Made by a program: the position numbers and the translations under genes. 64,000 nt of DNA from Callorhinchus milii (taxonomy: Eukaryota), in NCBI RefSeq assembly GCF_018977255.1, contig NW_024704742.1:4032001-4096000 (forward strand), read 5' to 3'. Under the pieces are notes generated by a model, which searched no databases, was not told where the DNA came from, and worked only from the letters and a program-made list of their open reading frames with translations. Positions 38,646-51,509 of the stretch are shown here, piece after piece. How positions within the stretch are numbered: the first letter of the stretch is position 1; the number at the start of each line of letters is the position of its first letter.

Positions 38646-39869
38646 GGGGCGGGGGTGAGGAGGAGGCGGATCGACGAAGAGGAGGGTCTTGAGTCGGGTC
38701 TTGAGGGGAGGCGAGGGAGGGGGCGAGGGGGAGCGACTGTGGGATGGAGTGCCAGGGGGAGGGGTGCAGAGCGGCGGACGGCCAGTGGTGGGGGGCGGGC
38801 GGGCGAGGCGGGGGCGTGAGGCAGGCCGGAGCCCGCTGGGCGGGGGGGGGAGCGGGGGGGGAGCGGGCAGGTCTGTTAGGGGGTTAGGAGGCCGCGGGAG
38901 GCTTTTGAAGGTGAGGCCCGGGATCACGGACTATCCGCTGCGTGACGGGGAGCCTCTCACGATGGGGAGACACCGGCCTCTCCCCAGACGTTCAGAACCC
39001 AGACACCAGTCCACTGCAGTGAAGTGCGCAGTCGGCTGCCGCCTTTCGCCCACAAAATGCACAGTCAATTCACTTGACTGCGCGTTCCGTGACGGGGCCG
39101 ACGACCGGCGACCTCAGCCGTCCAGTTCCTGAGCCCTGGCGGGTCCGCAGTGTCCCAGGGCACTGCCGATGACAGCACAGCCCGGCCCGGCCTGGCTCTG
39201 GTCTGCCCTTTGAGCAGGACACGCTTCAAGCACTCGGTTGTAGCAGCGTCTCACAGAGGGGGAACTCCTGGCCAACACGGGCAGGGGTCTCTCAAAACAT
39301 TATTGCCTCCCTATGTCTTGCCCGCTCTAGAGATGCCTCAGCACACGGTAAACATGGCTGCTGGTAACCGGGCTCGGGATTAGCTCAATGCACAGTTGTG
39401 AGGAACTGTGGAACCTTTGAATTGTGCCGTGGTTTTGCCACGGAAGAGAGGCAACTTAGGTCATGCAATCAATCTCCCCTCCTCTCAGGAACCAGACCGG
39501 AGACCACCACAGAGGGCTGGCTCGATTCGAGGTTTACATTTCGGGGCAGAATTGGGAGAACGTCCATATTTCCTATTTTACATTCGTAGATGTCTTTGGA
39601 CGTAATAAGGCACTGTATCAAATGCAAGGATTATTATTTTTTATTTATAGAAACAGACCAAGTGACTCGAAAGTGAGTGCAACCTGGAAAAAATTATACT
39701 GACGAATGTAAAAATGCCCCCATTCCAATAAAAAATATAAATTGACCGTTTAAAACTGAGCTAGCTTCTGAGAACTTTGGGAATTTGTTGGGAATTAGTA
39801 CCTTAAATCTGTTTAGCTGTCAAGAGAGGCTTCACCTACGTCAAGATTCCTACATTCACTTTAAAATCA

Positions 39870-40085
39870 CAAAAGGAAACAGTGGAATAAAATGGAAACT
39901 GGCGGAAATGAACAGATCAATCAGCCTCTCAAAGAGAAAGATAGCTTAATGCTTCAGCTGAGACCCTTGAGTTCACATGAAGAATCTCACACGAACCGTT
40001 CATCAGTCTGTCTCTTTCAGATGCTAATTGACCTGCTGCTCGTTTACAGCAGCTTTGGTTTTTATTTCAGATTTTCAATGTCCAC
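39870..40085. mobile_element. Decayed inverted pair of Penelope-like terminal repeats
   Basis: Right arm ..CAGATGCTAATTGACCTGCTG..TTTTTATTTCAGATTT resembles 22898-22993; left arm is a degenerate reverse complement. Confidence 0.45.
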
Positions 40086-40429
40086 GTTTTTCCTTTATAT
40101 CTCTGATAGAAAACACCATGTTGTCTCTTAACCTTTTCAAATTTTCTTACAAAAATGACTGACCTTATTCTGCAGCCTTTGTTTGCCGCTATTGTGATAA
40201 AACCTGTACGCACACAGCATGCTAACCAGATTTGTCAATTATCCCAGTCGAGGCGAAAGAAACTCACGGGCATCGTATGTGTGTATTCCTGTGGGGGTTT
40301 TTTCTTTGGGGGGGGGGGGGGGGGGTTAGTGGGATAGAAAGAAGGGGGAGAAATCACCTGATTATCTTTCCTCCCTTTCTCCCAAAATATTCCTGCCTTC
40401 TTGAAAACGTAATCTTTCTTTTTTTCCTT

Positions 40430-40835
40430 AAGCCTGGCTCAGTGGTAGCACTCTCGTCTGAGTCACCTCTTGGGTTCAAGCCCCACTTCGGCACTTGAAC
40501 TCGCATAGTCTTAAGTTGACACTCCAATGTAGTGCTGTGGGGGGGAGGAGGTGGTGTTGCATCCTTCAGATGAGATATTAAACCAGCTGCCTGTTCATGG
40601 CACTATTTGAAGAGAGGAGAGTCTCTCCCAGCGTCCCGGCCAACAATCCCCTAAATAAAATTGGGCATTCGTTTTATGGCTGCTTGTGGGATATTGCTGT
40701 GTGCAATTGGGCTGCTGCGTTTGCTTATAAATACACGTCACTACCCTTCACAGTAAAATTCCTGTGAAGTGCTTTGGGACATCCTCCCGACATGAAAGAA
40801 GCTGCACCAAATATAGGATTATTATTATTATTAAT
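40430..40835 (+). mobile_element. Older DeuSINE-like element (SacSINE1/AmnSINE-type). Related decayed copies at about 2060-2350(+), 3350-3500(-), 5130-5490(+), 6100-6415(-), 15300-15560(-), 35660-35980(+), 50590-50820(-)
   Basis: tRNA-like head GCCTGGCTCAGTGGTAGCACTCTC..GGGTTCAAGCCCCAC, central CCTTCAGATGAGATATTAAACC..ATGGCACTATTTGAAGAG..CCCGGCCAAC, L2-like tail. Family name recognised from memory, not from a search. Confidence 0.65.
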
Positions 40836-41619
40836 AATAAGCTGGTCCTTTCCACAATTGTGGTACCAGTACACGATGCTGGAATCGAACTGCCCATTCA
40901 AAATTCTTACTTCAATTCGTTTGAGCTGAGTTCCACAAATCAGTCTCGATTCTGCTACTGAATATTGTAAATGTACAGAGCCTTTATTTCTGGCTTCCCT
41001 CCATCAAAAGGAATACCAATCTCAGTACATTTCACACTAGATATTAAGACTATAAGAGGTTATGTCAGGCATCAGCACAACTTGCAAGCACTGTAGCAAA
41101 CCAGTTAAGCGGTGACATAAATGTTTAAAGGCGGACACAGACACGAAGAAATCTAATGGGATCTGAGGTGTCATAAACAGGTACATGAAATATAAAACCA
41201 GATAGCGCTCGTATATACATCATTAGTCGGACCTTACATTAACCTTAAATCTTAAATTGACGCCTTCTAGCAACTGACCATTGAACATAACTTCTCCTCA
41301 TCAACGTGATTCTCCTCCTGACGTGAAGGGCGCTATGTAAATGAAAATTTTATACTGCGGTATTGACGCCATCGAGTCCCCACACGATTAAAGACCCCTT
41401 AAAGAGAGGTTTCCCCTCAACCAATCTCCCAATGAAAATGAGTCCCATTTCTCCTCTCTCTGCTCTCAGGTCAAACCACTCATTCCTGGTATCATCTTCA
41501 GTAACTCTCCTCTGCGCCTCGGCCCTGTATCCAATCTCTGGCGTCCCCTGCGCTGCCCTCCATTCAATGGTGAGCACCATGTCCACTGCTGTCGTTCTCT
41601 ACCCTCTGCGCCCCCGCCC

Positions 41620-42082
41620 GCTCTTCCTCCCCCCTCCTCACTCTCTTTCAATCTTCCGTTCTTTCCTCCTCACTCTCTCTTCACTCTCCCCCCTCCCCCA
41701 CCACTCTCCTCTGTTTCCCCTCCCTCCCCCACTCCTCTCCCTCCCTCCCTCCCCCTCCTCTCCCTCCCCCACTCCTCTCCCTCCCTCCCTCCTCTCCTCC
41801 CTCACTTCTCTCTCACTCCCTCCCTCCTCCTCTCCTCCCCTCTTCTCCTCCCCCTCCTCCCCTCCCTCCCCTCACTTCCTCTCACTCCCTCCTCCTCCCT
41901 CCCCTCCTCTCTCTCTCTCCCCCTCTCTCCCTCCCTCACTCCCCCCCTTTTCTCCCTCCCTCACTCCCCCCTCACTACTCTCTCTCCCCCCTCTCTCTCT
42001 CCCTCACTCCTCTCCCTCCCCCCTCTCTCCTCTCTCTCACTCCCCCCTTCACTCTCCCCCACTCCTCCCTCTCCTCTCTCTG
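41620..42082. repeat. Polypyrimidine (CT-rich) low-complexity tract
   Basis: About 460 nt almost exclusively C/T on the + strand. Confidence 0.9.
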
Positions 42083-42095
42083 TGTGTTTGTTCAG

Positions 42096-42190
42096 ACCGG
42101 ATGTGGAGTTGACCGGATGTGGGCGGGTAGTCAGGTGTTGGCTGTTTCCGGTTCCGGGTGACGGTTCCACACTCTCAGGGCTCAGGTTAG
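42096..42190 (+). promoter_or_regulatory. Probable ZBTB5 promoter / non-coding first exon with ETS (GABP-type) and GC-box motifs
   Basis: CCGGATGT at 42097 and 42113, GGGCGG at 42121, TTTCCGG and TTCCGGG at 42145-42158, then donor-like CAG|GTTAGT after 42185; CpG-containing unique island between two tandem repeats. Confidence 0.55.
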
Positions 42191-42214
42191 TGACTGTCAC
42201 AGAGGCCGCGACCC

Positions 42215-43142
42215 GCACCCCCACAGCCCTCCCTCACACAGCCCCCCCACAGCCCCCACCCCCACAGCCCCCCACAGCCCCACCCCCTCACAGCCCCCCC
42301 CACAGCCCTCCCTCACACACCCCCCACAGCCCTCCTCACACACCCCCCCACAGCCCCCCTCACAGCCCCCCACAGCCCTCCCTCACACACCCCCACAGCC
42401 CTCCCCCACAGCCCTCCCTCACACACCCCCCCACAGCCCCCACCCCCACAGCCCCACCCCCACAGCCCTCCCCACAGCCCCCCCCCTCACAGCCCCCCCC
42501 ACAGCCCTCCCTCACACACCCCCCCACAGCCCCCCCCCACAGCCCCACCCCACAGCCCTCCCCCACAGCCCCCCCCTCACAGCCCCCCCCCACAGCCCTC
42601 CCTCACACACACCCCCACAGCCCCCCCCCCACAGCCTTCCCTCACACACCCCCCCACAGCCCTCCCCCACAGCCCTCCCTCACACACACCCCCACAGCCC
42701 CCCCCACAGCCCTCCCTCACACACCCCCCCACAGCCCTCCCCCACACACCCCCCACAGCCCCCCCCCCACAGCCCCCACCCCACAGCCCTCCCCCCCACC
42801 CCCCCCCACAGCCCTCCCTCACACACCCCCCCACACACACCCCCACAGTCCTCCCCACAGCCCCCCCCACACCCCCCCCCCCCCCCCCCCACAGCCCCCC
42901 CCCCACAGCCCCCCCACAGCCCCCCCCACACACCCCCCCCACAGCCCCCCCCCACAGCCCCCCCCCCCCCCCACACCCCCCCACAGCCCCCCCCCACAGC
43001 CCTCCCCCACAGCCCTCCCTCACACACACACAGCCCCCGCCCCACAGCCCCCCCTCACAGCTCTCCCTCACAGCCCCCCTCCCTCACAGCCACCCCCCCT
43101 CACAGCCCTCCCGCACAGCCCCCCACCCCCCTCACAGCCACC
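42215..43142. repeat. C/A-rich minisatellite (CCCCACAGCCCTCCCTCACACA-type units)
   Basis: Directly visible degenerate tandem units. Confidence 0.95.
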
Positions 43143-43204
43143 CCGGGGCCTGGAGGAGCAGGTAAATCACACACATTTACTGGGGGTCTGTGTCCCCCCC
43201 CCAT

Positions 43205-43466
43205 AGTCTGTGTCCCTCACCCTCAGAGAGTCTGTGTCCCTCACCCTCAGAAAGTCTGTGTCCCTCACCCTCAGAGAGTCTGTGTCCCTCCCCCCCATAG
43301 TCGGTGTCCCTCCCCCCTCCACCCCCATAGTCTGTGTCCCTCACCCTCAGAGAGTCTGTGTCCCTCACCCTCAGAGAGTCTGTGTCCCTCACCCTCAGAG
43401 AGTCTGTGTCCCTCACCCTCAGAGAGTCTGTGTCCCTCACCCTCAGAGAGTCTGTGTCCCTCACCC
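43205..43466. repeat. 24-bp tandem repeat GAGAGTCTGTGTCCCTCACCCTCA
   Basis: Near-perfect copies in two blocks interrupted by CCCCCATAGTC variants. Confidence 0.95.
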
Positions 43467-44724
43467 CCCGGGAATTTGTGCTCTGTGTCTTCCCCCAGTT
43501 ACACGCTTGGCGGAGATGAACCAACCCCCAGTATTCCAGGGCTCGGCTGATGACGGCACAGCCCGGTCTGGCTCATCAGCAGGACCTGGAAGGGCAGACC
43601 AGTCACTGGGGGCAGGGAGTCCTCCCCCTCAGCTCCTGTTAGCCCTGCGAGCCAAAGCCCTAACTGGTCGGGTGGTCCTCGCTGGACAAGCAGCGGGAAA
43701 GCTTTCCAGACAGCAATATCAATGGCAAGCTGTGCGGTTTTAGCTGGTTAGACTCCATTAGTTACCTCAGTGTACACTCTGGGGTCCTCAAGTCTTGCCA
43801 AGTTGCGTCTAATGCTTTCCGGAATTCGGAAAACAGGAAGCGTACCTCCGGGCACATTCCATTTCACTGTATGGGGATTGAGCATTAAACGTCCTACACG
43901 TGCGGGTAATTACCAGGCAAAATTCTTCCTCTTTTATTGGAGTCACTCTGGCCAGTAGCAGGGAAATTTCCATTTGTAAATGGCACGTCTTTGTGGAACG
44001 CTCTGTCTGGTCTGGATGATCAAGCACGGGGATGGGCTTGGTCCCAGGGGATTAAATCCCGCCTCACAGAGTCCCTCCCACCTGTGTGTTTTCATGTTGT
44101 TCTGTTGACATGGGTCAGGCATCCCTCCCACTGACCAAAAGAAAACTGTTGTTTTCTTTGCAGCTGAATTCTTGCAGCTTGTCCTGTCTCCCTGAGGGAG
44201 TGAGTATCATGTCTTTCTCCTCTCCCTGAGGGAGTCTGCACTATGCTCCCCCATTGCACAGTATCTACTGGGGCCGCGTCTTGGATGTAGATGTTCCCTT
44301 GACAGCCGGGTCATTATTGAGCAGCGATCTGTCCCACTGCTGAGCGTATACGACCCAGATATAGAGACTTGTATCGCTTTGACCGTGACTTGTGTTGATC
44401 ACCGCGAGGCCACTAATAGTGGGGTAGGTCGCGCAGGGGACGATAAGCAGGCTGATGTTTCCTGAGCAGAAGGAGCAGCTGGAATGGTAGAGTTGCAGGA
44501 GGTCACAGAGTATGTTGTGGTGAGGCCCAGCAGAGATTTGAACACAATGTCAAGGACCTTGAATTCAATCCAATGGGGGATGGGGAGCCAGTGGAGTTGA
44601 GCGAGGATGAGGTTGATGTGCTCACAGAGTCTGATGCAGTAGGGGACATGAGGAGCAAAGTTATGGATGGTCTGCAACATGTGTAGGGAGGAAGTGGAGA
44701 GTTTGGCTTGTTGAAGAATAATGT

Positions 44725-44938
44725 AGAATCCTGTAGCTCAGTAGTTAAAGTAGTTAAATAATAATAATAAATTGGTCACTTCAATCCACGTTTGTGGGAC
44801 ACTGCTGCGTGCAACCAGTTGCTGCGTTTTGCCCACAAAATATGCAGTCAATTCACTTTGCACTGTATTCTGTGAAGTGCTTTGAGACGGCTAGAAGATG
44901 TGATAAGGCGCATTATCAAATGCAAGGATTATTATTAC
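44725..44938 (+). mobile_element. SINE, same family, partial head plus body and tail
   Basis: Shared body and tail sequence. Confidence 0.75.
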
Positions 44939-46433
44939 TGCTCTTGGGTCACTTTCTGCTCTTTTCAGTTTCATGAAGGTACCCATAAAAGTGGTCTCTT
45001 GTTTATTGGGAATTGTTCTTTGGCTTGTTGCTCCTGTGTATGTGTGGAAAATGTGCATGCCCATTAACAAAATAATTTTTTTTATGGTACTGACGGGCAG
45101 CTCCATGGTTTTATCAGCTGGGTCGTTCTATTCCAAATGCTCGGATAGGTTTTTGGTTGTTACGGCTACATTTGGACTGGAGCGCTAGATTATAGGTAAC
45201 GAAGTCACAGCAGGGACGTGAGTTAATTGCGCCCAAAAGCTGTCTCATGATTTTCCTGGAAAGACCAAACACCGTGCATGGTTTTTAACCTAGTTTTATT
45301 CAAGATTCGTATGACTCTGCATATTCATTATGAAGAGTTCCGAGTGATGCTCTGCGTTGAAATATTTAGTATTTATTTGTGTCTGTACTTGTATTTCAAG
45401 AAAACGTAACTTTTTCCATAGCGTAAAGAAAAACTGGAAAACATTCTACTCTTAGCCACCCCCCCCCCCCCCCCAAAAAAAATGTAATCAAGATTTAAAC
45501 GATTTGAAGAATCTTTCAAAATCTGCTCACAATTAGCTCAGTGTCCTCCCCACCACCCAAATCGTCATTGAGGTATTGCGCTGCAAAAGATGGCCGGAGA
45601 TGTGTGTGCAGCAAAAAAAAATAACGTCCGTGGTGACCAGCACGTCCAAAACGCATTTTTTTGAAAAAAAAAGTTTATTGATGGAAACTTTTGGCCATTT
45701 GGAGAAAACTCCCCCAAAAATGGCAAGACTGTAGATATGTGTGGAAATTTGCATTTGTCCGGGATGGATTGGAGACTCGGGAAGGATGCATTTGTTGCCT
45801 AATCCCAGATTAGCAAGAGCTAAAATCTGGGGCCCCACCGAGTGGTTACCGATAAGAGGTTTACAGAAGGCATAAATATTACCGAAGCAGATCCTTTTCC
45901 AATCAAATCGAAATAAGTTTATTAACAAATGACGGCAAATAACCAGTGCAATGTATAGAGCACAAAGAATGGAGAACTAGGCAAACTAAACAAACTTAAT
46001 GATGTGATAGAAAGTTTCAGTTGACTGAAAACTGTCGACGGTAAATTAAATTCATCACTCTGCCTATCCAGTTGTAGTAATAGTAATCCGTAATAATCCT
46101 TGCATTTGATATTCATCTCATCGCATCGTTGAGATATCTCAAAGCACTTCGCAGAATGCATTGTAAAGTGAATTGACTGTATATTGTGTGTGGAGTGTTT
46201 AACTGAAGCTCCTAAGATCCAAGAGTCACTTGCTTTTTTTAATTCTATAATCTTCAAGTAGACTAAAGAATATTAGAGTTTGCCCCCCCCCCCCCTTTTT
46301 TTGAAAACCTTTTGATGTGAGCAAGGCACGTTTGAGATGTCTCATTGGTATAATGTAACAAACGTAAGTCTGGCCTCTCATATTCAGTTATTCAATGTAG
46401 ATTGACTGAAGTTCATATATATTTTTTGTCTGG

Positions 46434-46435
<2 letters not shown>

Positions 46436-46472
<37 letters not shown>

Positions 46473-46742
46473 CCTTGCATTTGATATAGCGCTTTTCACG
46501 TCAGGAGGACGTCCCAAAGCGCTTCACAGAACACACTGTAAAGTGAATTGACTGTATATTTGTGGGCGAACGCGGCAGCCAATTGCGCACAGCAATGTCC
46601 CACAAACAGTCGTGGATTGAAAATGACCAATTTATTATTGTTTTGTTTTGGAGGGATTATTATTAGGCTCTGTGTGGAGTAAGGAAACTTGCCCAAGGTT
46701 TCGCCCTCTGCCTGGAATTGAACTCAGGTCTCTCACTTGCCC
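46436..46742 (-). mobile_element. tRNA-derived SINE (short subfamily) with expanded (AAT)n tail
   Basis: Closely matches the reverse complement of 62272-62573; about 12 AAT units at the tail. Confidence 0.85.
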
Positions 46743-47003
46743 ATAGTATACCCATAGATGGGCCTAATTGTGCACATCCATTCTATCTTCAGTAGAGCTT
46801 TAAAGAGGTACTGAATTACACTATATCATGAAATAAGAGCATGGCAATTTGTTTTGAATCCATTGTTTCTTAGATAAATTAACAAATGACATGAAGTGGT
46901 TGGATATTCTTGTCACCCAGATATCCAAAGGGATTTGTTGTATTTCATTCATCCTTTTGTGGTGTGCTTGTATCCCCAAATTCTTTGCTAGAATAGTCTG
47001 GAA

Positions 47004-47930
47004 CAAGGTTTCGCAACCCGTGGGTCGCAAAACTAGGTCATCAGAATGCATCAACGGGTTGCGAACAGATTTAAAACATTTATGCATTTTTGAAAATAAA
47101 TGAATATCATTCGTGCTGCACCGCGTGTTAGGGCTCTAAACTCTCGATGTTCCACAAAAACTGGCAAATGGTACAGACCGGTTCACAACTTGCCTTGGCC
47201 AGCCGGTAATTACACAGCCGTTCATTGAATGAATCCAAACAGCGAAGCGATTATTGTGGAGCGTCGAGAATTTGGAAACTGTGGTTCTTGCCGTAGAAGC
47301 TCTGTAATAAAGCTATTTAGCCGTTATCCTGTGGAGTCCTGTAGCTTGGCGGTTAGAGCTCTCGCCTCGCAAGTACCTGGGTTTGATTCCCGGGAGGGCA
47401 AGACGTTGAGCAAGTTTACTTACCTCTGTTTACCTCGCAGTAAGTAGGAACCCGGTTGTCAGTCGCTTTGAGACATCTCGAAGACGTGATAAGGTGCGAT
47501 ATCAAATGCAAGGATTATTATTATTCAAACAGCAGTAGGTGCCAGTGATCTGCCAATCCACTGCCACATATGATCATTTTACTGTAATCTTGCAGTGGAG
47601 AGTTTGGAGTTTATTTTAGTCAGAGAAGCAAATTGTTGTCATTGAAATGGAAAAGTCTTTAAACGGTGCTGTTGCAGTGATACTGTACTTTTACACCAAA
47701 CTTTGATAAACTCATCAAAGAGAAGCAAGCTCAGGTTTCTTATTAAGTGGTACCTAGGATTTATACAACAAATACGACAAGTACTATATTTTAATATTTA
47801 ATGCATTTAGTTCTTACTATGTTAATGTGGGTCAGAAATATTTAGTAAGCCTGATATTTTTTGTACTGAAGCTATAACTGGGTTGCGACAGGCCATCAAA
47901 GCTTACAAGTGGGTTCTGAGGTTTAGGATG
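47004..47930. mobile_element. Possible hAT/Charlie-type non-autonomous DNA transposon remnant
   Basis: Starts CAAGGTTTCGCAACC after a TCTGGA site; repeated GGGTCGC/GGGTTGCGA subterminal motifs near both ends; right TIR not clear. Confidence 0.3.
47330..47525 (+). mobile_element. tRNA-derived SINE, same family, internal deletion
   Basis: GTGGAGTCCTGTAGC head joined to the tail GACGTGATAAGG..CAAATGCAAGGATTATT. Confidence 0.75.
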
Positions 47931-50900
47931 CAATCACAGTTTGACTTGCAGGAAAAACTAACGTTAATAAAAATGTCCTGCAAGTTTTTAGAGGTGGCTT
48001 TGGAGCGAACATAATAACCTTAAAACAATCTTATAGGATATTACTGAAATACGTAACCTTAGTGTTAACTTTCTGAAAATACTTCCGCCTCCCCCCAATC
48101 AGCTTTGGTGGGTGGTAGGCATTATACGGAACATCAATAGGCCATACAGAGTATAAGACTGCAGGTTTGAATCTGGTCCGTGCTGACAACTAATATCTTA
48201 GGGACCTTTTTAATTTTTGTTTTAGTCTCTTTGTGATGCATTTGTGTCGCGTTGAAAATGAACTTTTTTTCCCTCTTTGAATAGGGCTTTGGAAGGTGGG
48301 TCAGCGGTTGAAGAAATGTAATCTGTTATGCCCGTTGCTCACAGGAGTCAATTTGATGCGTTACGGTAACTATACTGTGAACTGAGCAGGACTGTTGAGG
48401 TATGTGATTGCTATGTCTGGTGCCAGTGTAAAGCCCACTTTCTTTAAAGGACTTCAAATTTTATTATAGGAATGTTATTCTTTTCTTTTTCCTACATACA
48501 TCCGATCTTAATTCTCCGCCCCCGTCCCCCCCCATCCCAACACACACGCACATTCCAACATTTGAAATTTGCACATCATTGAGTTTTCTATCGAGCGCTG
48601 TACATGTAAAGTTCTCATCCTCGTTTGCAAACCTCATGCGCATTCCTCAAACCTCAGGCAGCACTCTTACCTCCTCCCACCCCATCCCACCACCCCCACC
48701 AGCAGTCCAGCCAAGATCAAGAGGTGCTTTGTGTGAAATGGGCAGTGTCTTCATATGGCTCTATGGCACAGTTCACAAATTGCATTCCATTTGAAATGAA
48801 GGCAGGAAATGCACGGGGGTAATGAAAGTGTGCAAACGGAGCTAGCATTCCAGCACATTTTCCAGGAAATGGATTATTTGGATGGTAGCAGGCAATGCAG
48901 TTCATCTCTTGTTGGCTTTGAAGTGACTTTTTGAGTCGTTTTTGTAGGAACACCAAAGCAGAAAATAAATTAGCGAAAGCAGCAGGTTCGATTAACGTGC
49001 GAAGTACAGCATTCTGTCTCAGTTACGGTTATTCAAACCGACATATTAAAATAATGAAATGCCTAGATTCTAGCTTTCAAGAATGCAAAAACACAAACAA
49101 TTTCTCTTCACCCCAGTTTAAATGTACTAATGACACATATAGTTGTTAGTTGATCGCTTTTGCGTGAGTAAAAAAAAGAAAAAATTTGGTCACTCAATCC
49201 ATGATTGTTGGTGGGACACTGCTGTGCGTGATTGTCCACAAAATATACAGTCAATTCACTTTACAGTATATTCTGTGAAGCGCTTTGAGACGTCTTAAAG
49301 ACGTGCTGAGGCACAATATCAAATGCAAGTATTATTATAGATACAGGAACCTTTCCATGTGTTAGGTGGCATACATATGTGGAACATTTTCTGGTTTGGA
49401 TACTCTTAAGCACAGTGCTGGGTATCCACATATTTCAGATATTTAGCTAACTAAGAATCCTGTAGTATGGCCTCTAAAAGTTTGCCCATTATACATGTTA
49501 GGCTAACTAATCTATAGTTTATTGGCTTCTTATGTTGTCCCTTTTTGAACAGAGGTAATATGGTAGCAACCTTCTGGTCTTCTGGCACAGCTTTCAAACC
49601 CAAGGATGCTTGAAAGGTTGTAGTTAGAATATCTGCTATTTCCTCTTTGACTTCCCTTAGTATTCTTGGATGCATGCCATCAGGCCCTGAGGGTGTGTGT
49701 GGTACTTCACATGGCCTGTGCGATATCTTCCCTGAGAGCACTTGATGATTGCTCACACAGTTTGAAATGGGTGTGGGATCTGCTTTGCAGTACAGTACTA
49801 ACATCCTCAAGGAGCATTACAAAGTCTTCAAAATAAATGGCCATTCATTAGTTCTCACAGTGGAAAAGTACCACTCAATACAGTCAGTTTCACCATCTGG
49901 CAAATACCAACGGAAATCTCTTTTAAAGTATAAACATTAGCACTGAACTTGGATCTTCTCCAGGGCTTGGGCTCCATGTGACCTAGAACATTGTCTTCGG
50001 AAATTAGAGAGCACAAGCCTATGCGTCCCTTTCCTTTTTTGGTCGGGCACTGACAGTTCTGTGAGTGAGTGTACACTCCTGTTGTAATTAGAGCAGTAAT
50101 TCCCCAATCAGTCATATTTATATCTTTTTTGAGAACCGACAGTCAACGTCAACAACTTGCATTTATGTAGTGCCCCTCACGTAAGGTAGCGCAACAGAGC
50201 GCTTGAACTTTTGTAATGTGCAGATAATATAATTCAGTCCTGGAAAATGTCTGGAAGTTATGATATTTCATTCTGTGGGAATGAACAATCAGTTCACAAC
50301 CCAATAAAATGTTTATTCACACAAGTGAAAAATTAAACTTGTCAATTAATGGTTAAGGACCAGCCTCCCAAAGCTGCTGTTAAATAATTTAAATGCTGCG
50401 CCCAAAACTTAGGGATTACTCCACATTCCAATAACCACAATTTAATATCCCTTGCATTTGATGTAGTGTCAAATCACAACAACATACTTAAAGCGACTTT
50501 TCTATAAAGTGTTGTGACTGTATTTTGTCGACAATTTGATCAATCATTTGAGCTCACCACAAACATACGTAAAGTAAATAACTTTTTTTTAATTGGCCAG
50601 GACACCGGAAGAAACTCTCTTTATGAATAGTGCCATGGGACCGTTAACATCTATCTGGGACCTTGGTTTAATGCCTTGTCCAAAGGACAAGATATTAAAT
50701 ACCGTTATAACATGCTTCATTTTCATCCGCTTTGATAATCAGGACTGACACTGGAGTGTCAACTACTACTGGTCTATGAGCTCGATCTCGTCATGGGGCT
50801 TGAACTCATAGCCTTTTAACGCTTGGTGAAAATATTTCCAATTTTTTTTTGGGGGGTAGTGGGATCAGCCGGGTGTCTGACCAATGCAGAAACCCATCAC

Positions 50901-51509
50901 CATGCTTCAGAGTATCCAAACCAAGCTGAGATTTCCATGCGTCCCACCTACACATGAAAATCCCATAGATTGTTGGAATAGAATGCGCTCTCACTCTCTC
51001 TCTCTCCCTGGAGGGACCCATTCTGCTTACCTAATTCTGCAAAGTAATAGGCGCAGGCTGGCAAGAGCCAAGGCTTGGGGACTCCAGAGTGTGTGTTGGG
51101 GTAACTGCTGTATTCTACCCAGCTAAAACTGCATAGCTTGTCATCGATATTGCTGTCCGGCAAGCTTTTCAGCTGCTTGTCCAGCTAGGACCACCCTACC
51201 CGTCAGGACTTTGGCTTGCAGGGTTAACAGGAGCACTTTGAGACATCTCAATGACGTGATAAGGCGCCTATATCAAATGTTAGGATATTATTATTACTAG
51301 AAAATGCAGTTATATATTAGAAAAATAAAATTTGCTGCAGCAATAATCCTTGCATTTGATACAAGGTCTTATGTTTTCAAGACGTCTCAAAGCGCTTCAC
51401 AGAATATACTGTAAAGTGAATTCACTGTGTATTTTGTGGGCGAAAATACAGTAGGAGGATTTCTCACTGGGTCATAAGACACTTCTGCCTTTTCTGTTTT
51501 AACAGGGTC

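Noticed and set aside
37066..38927. Pro/His/Thr-rich and Gly/Val/Cys-rich ORFs up to 466 aa
   Set aside because: Minisatellite read-through. Only the first 23 codons of ORF 37073..38101(-) are real (POLR1E exon 1).
43205..43466. Regular 24-bp repeats resembling a CRISPR array
   Set aside because: Head-to-tail repeats without unique spacers, no cas genes, vertebrate context.
41363..43743. Extensin-like Pro-rich ORFs and (VRDTDSLR)n ORFs
   Set aside because: Low-complexity and 24-bp tandem repeats, open in several frames at once.
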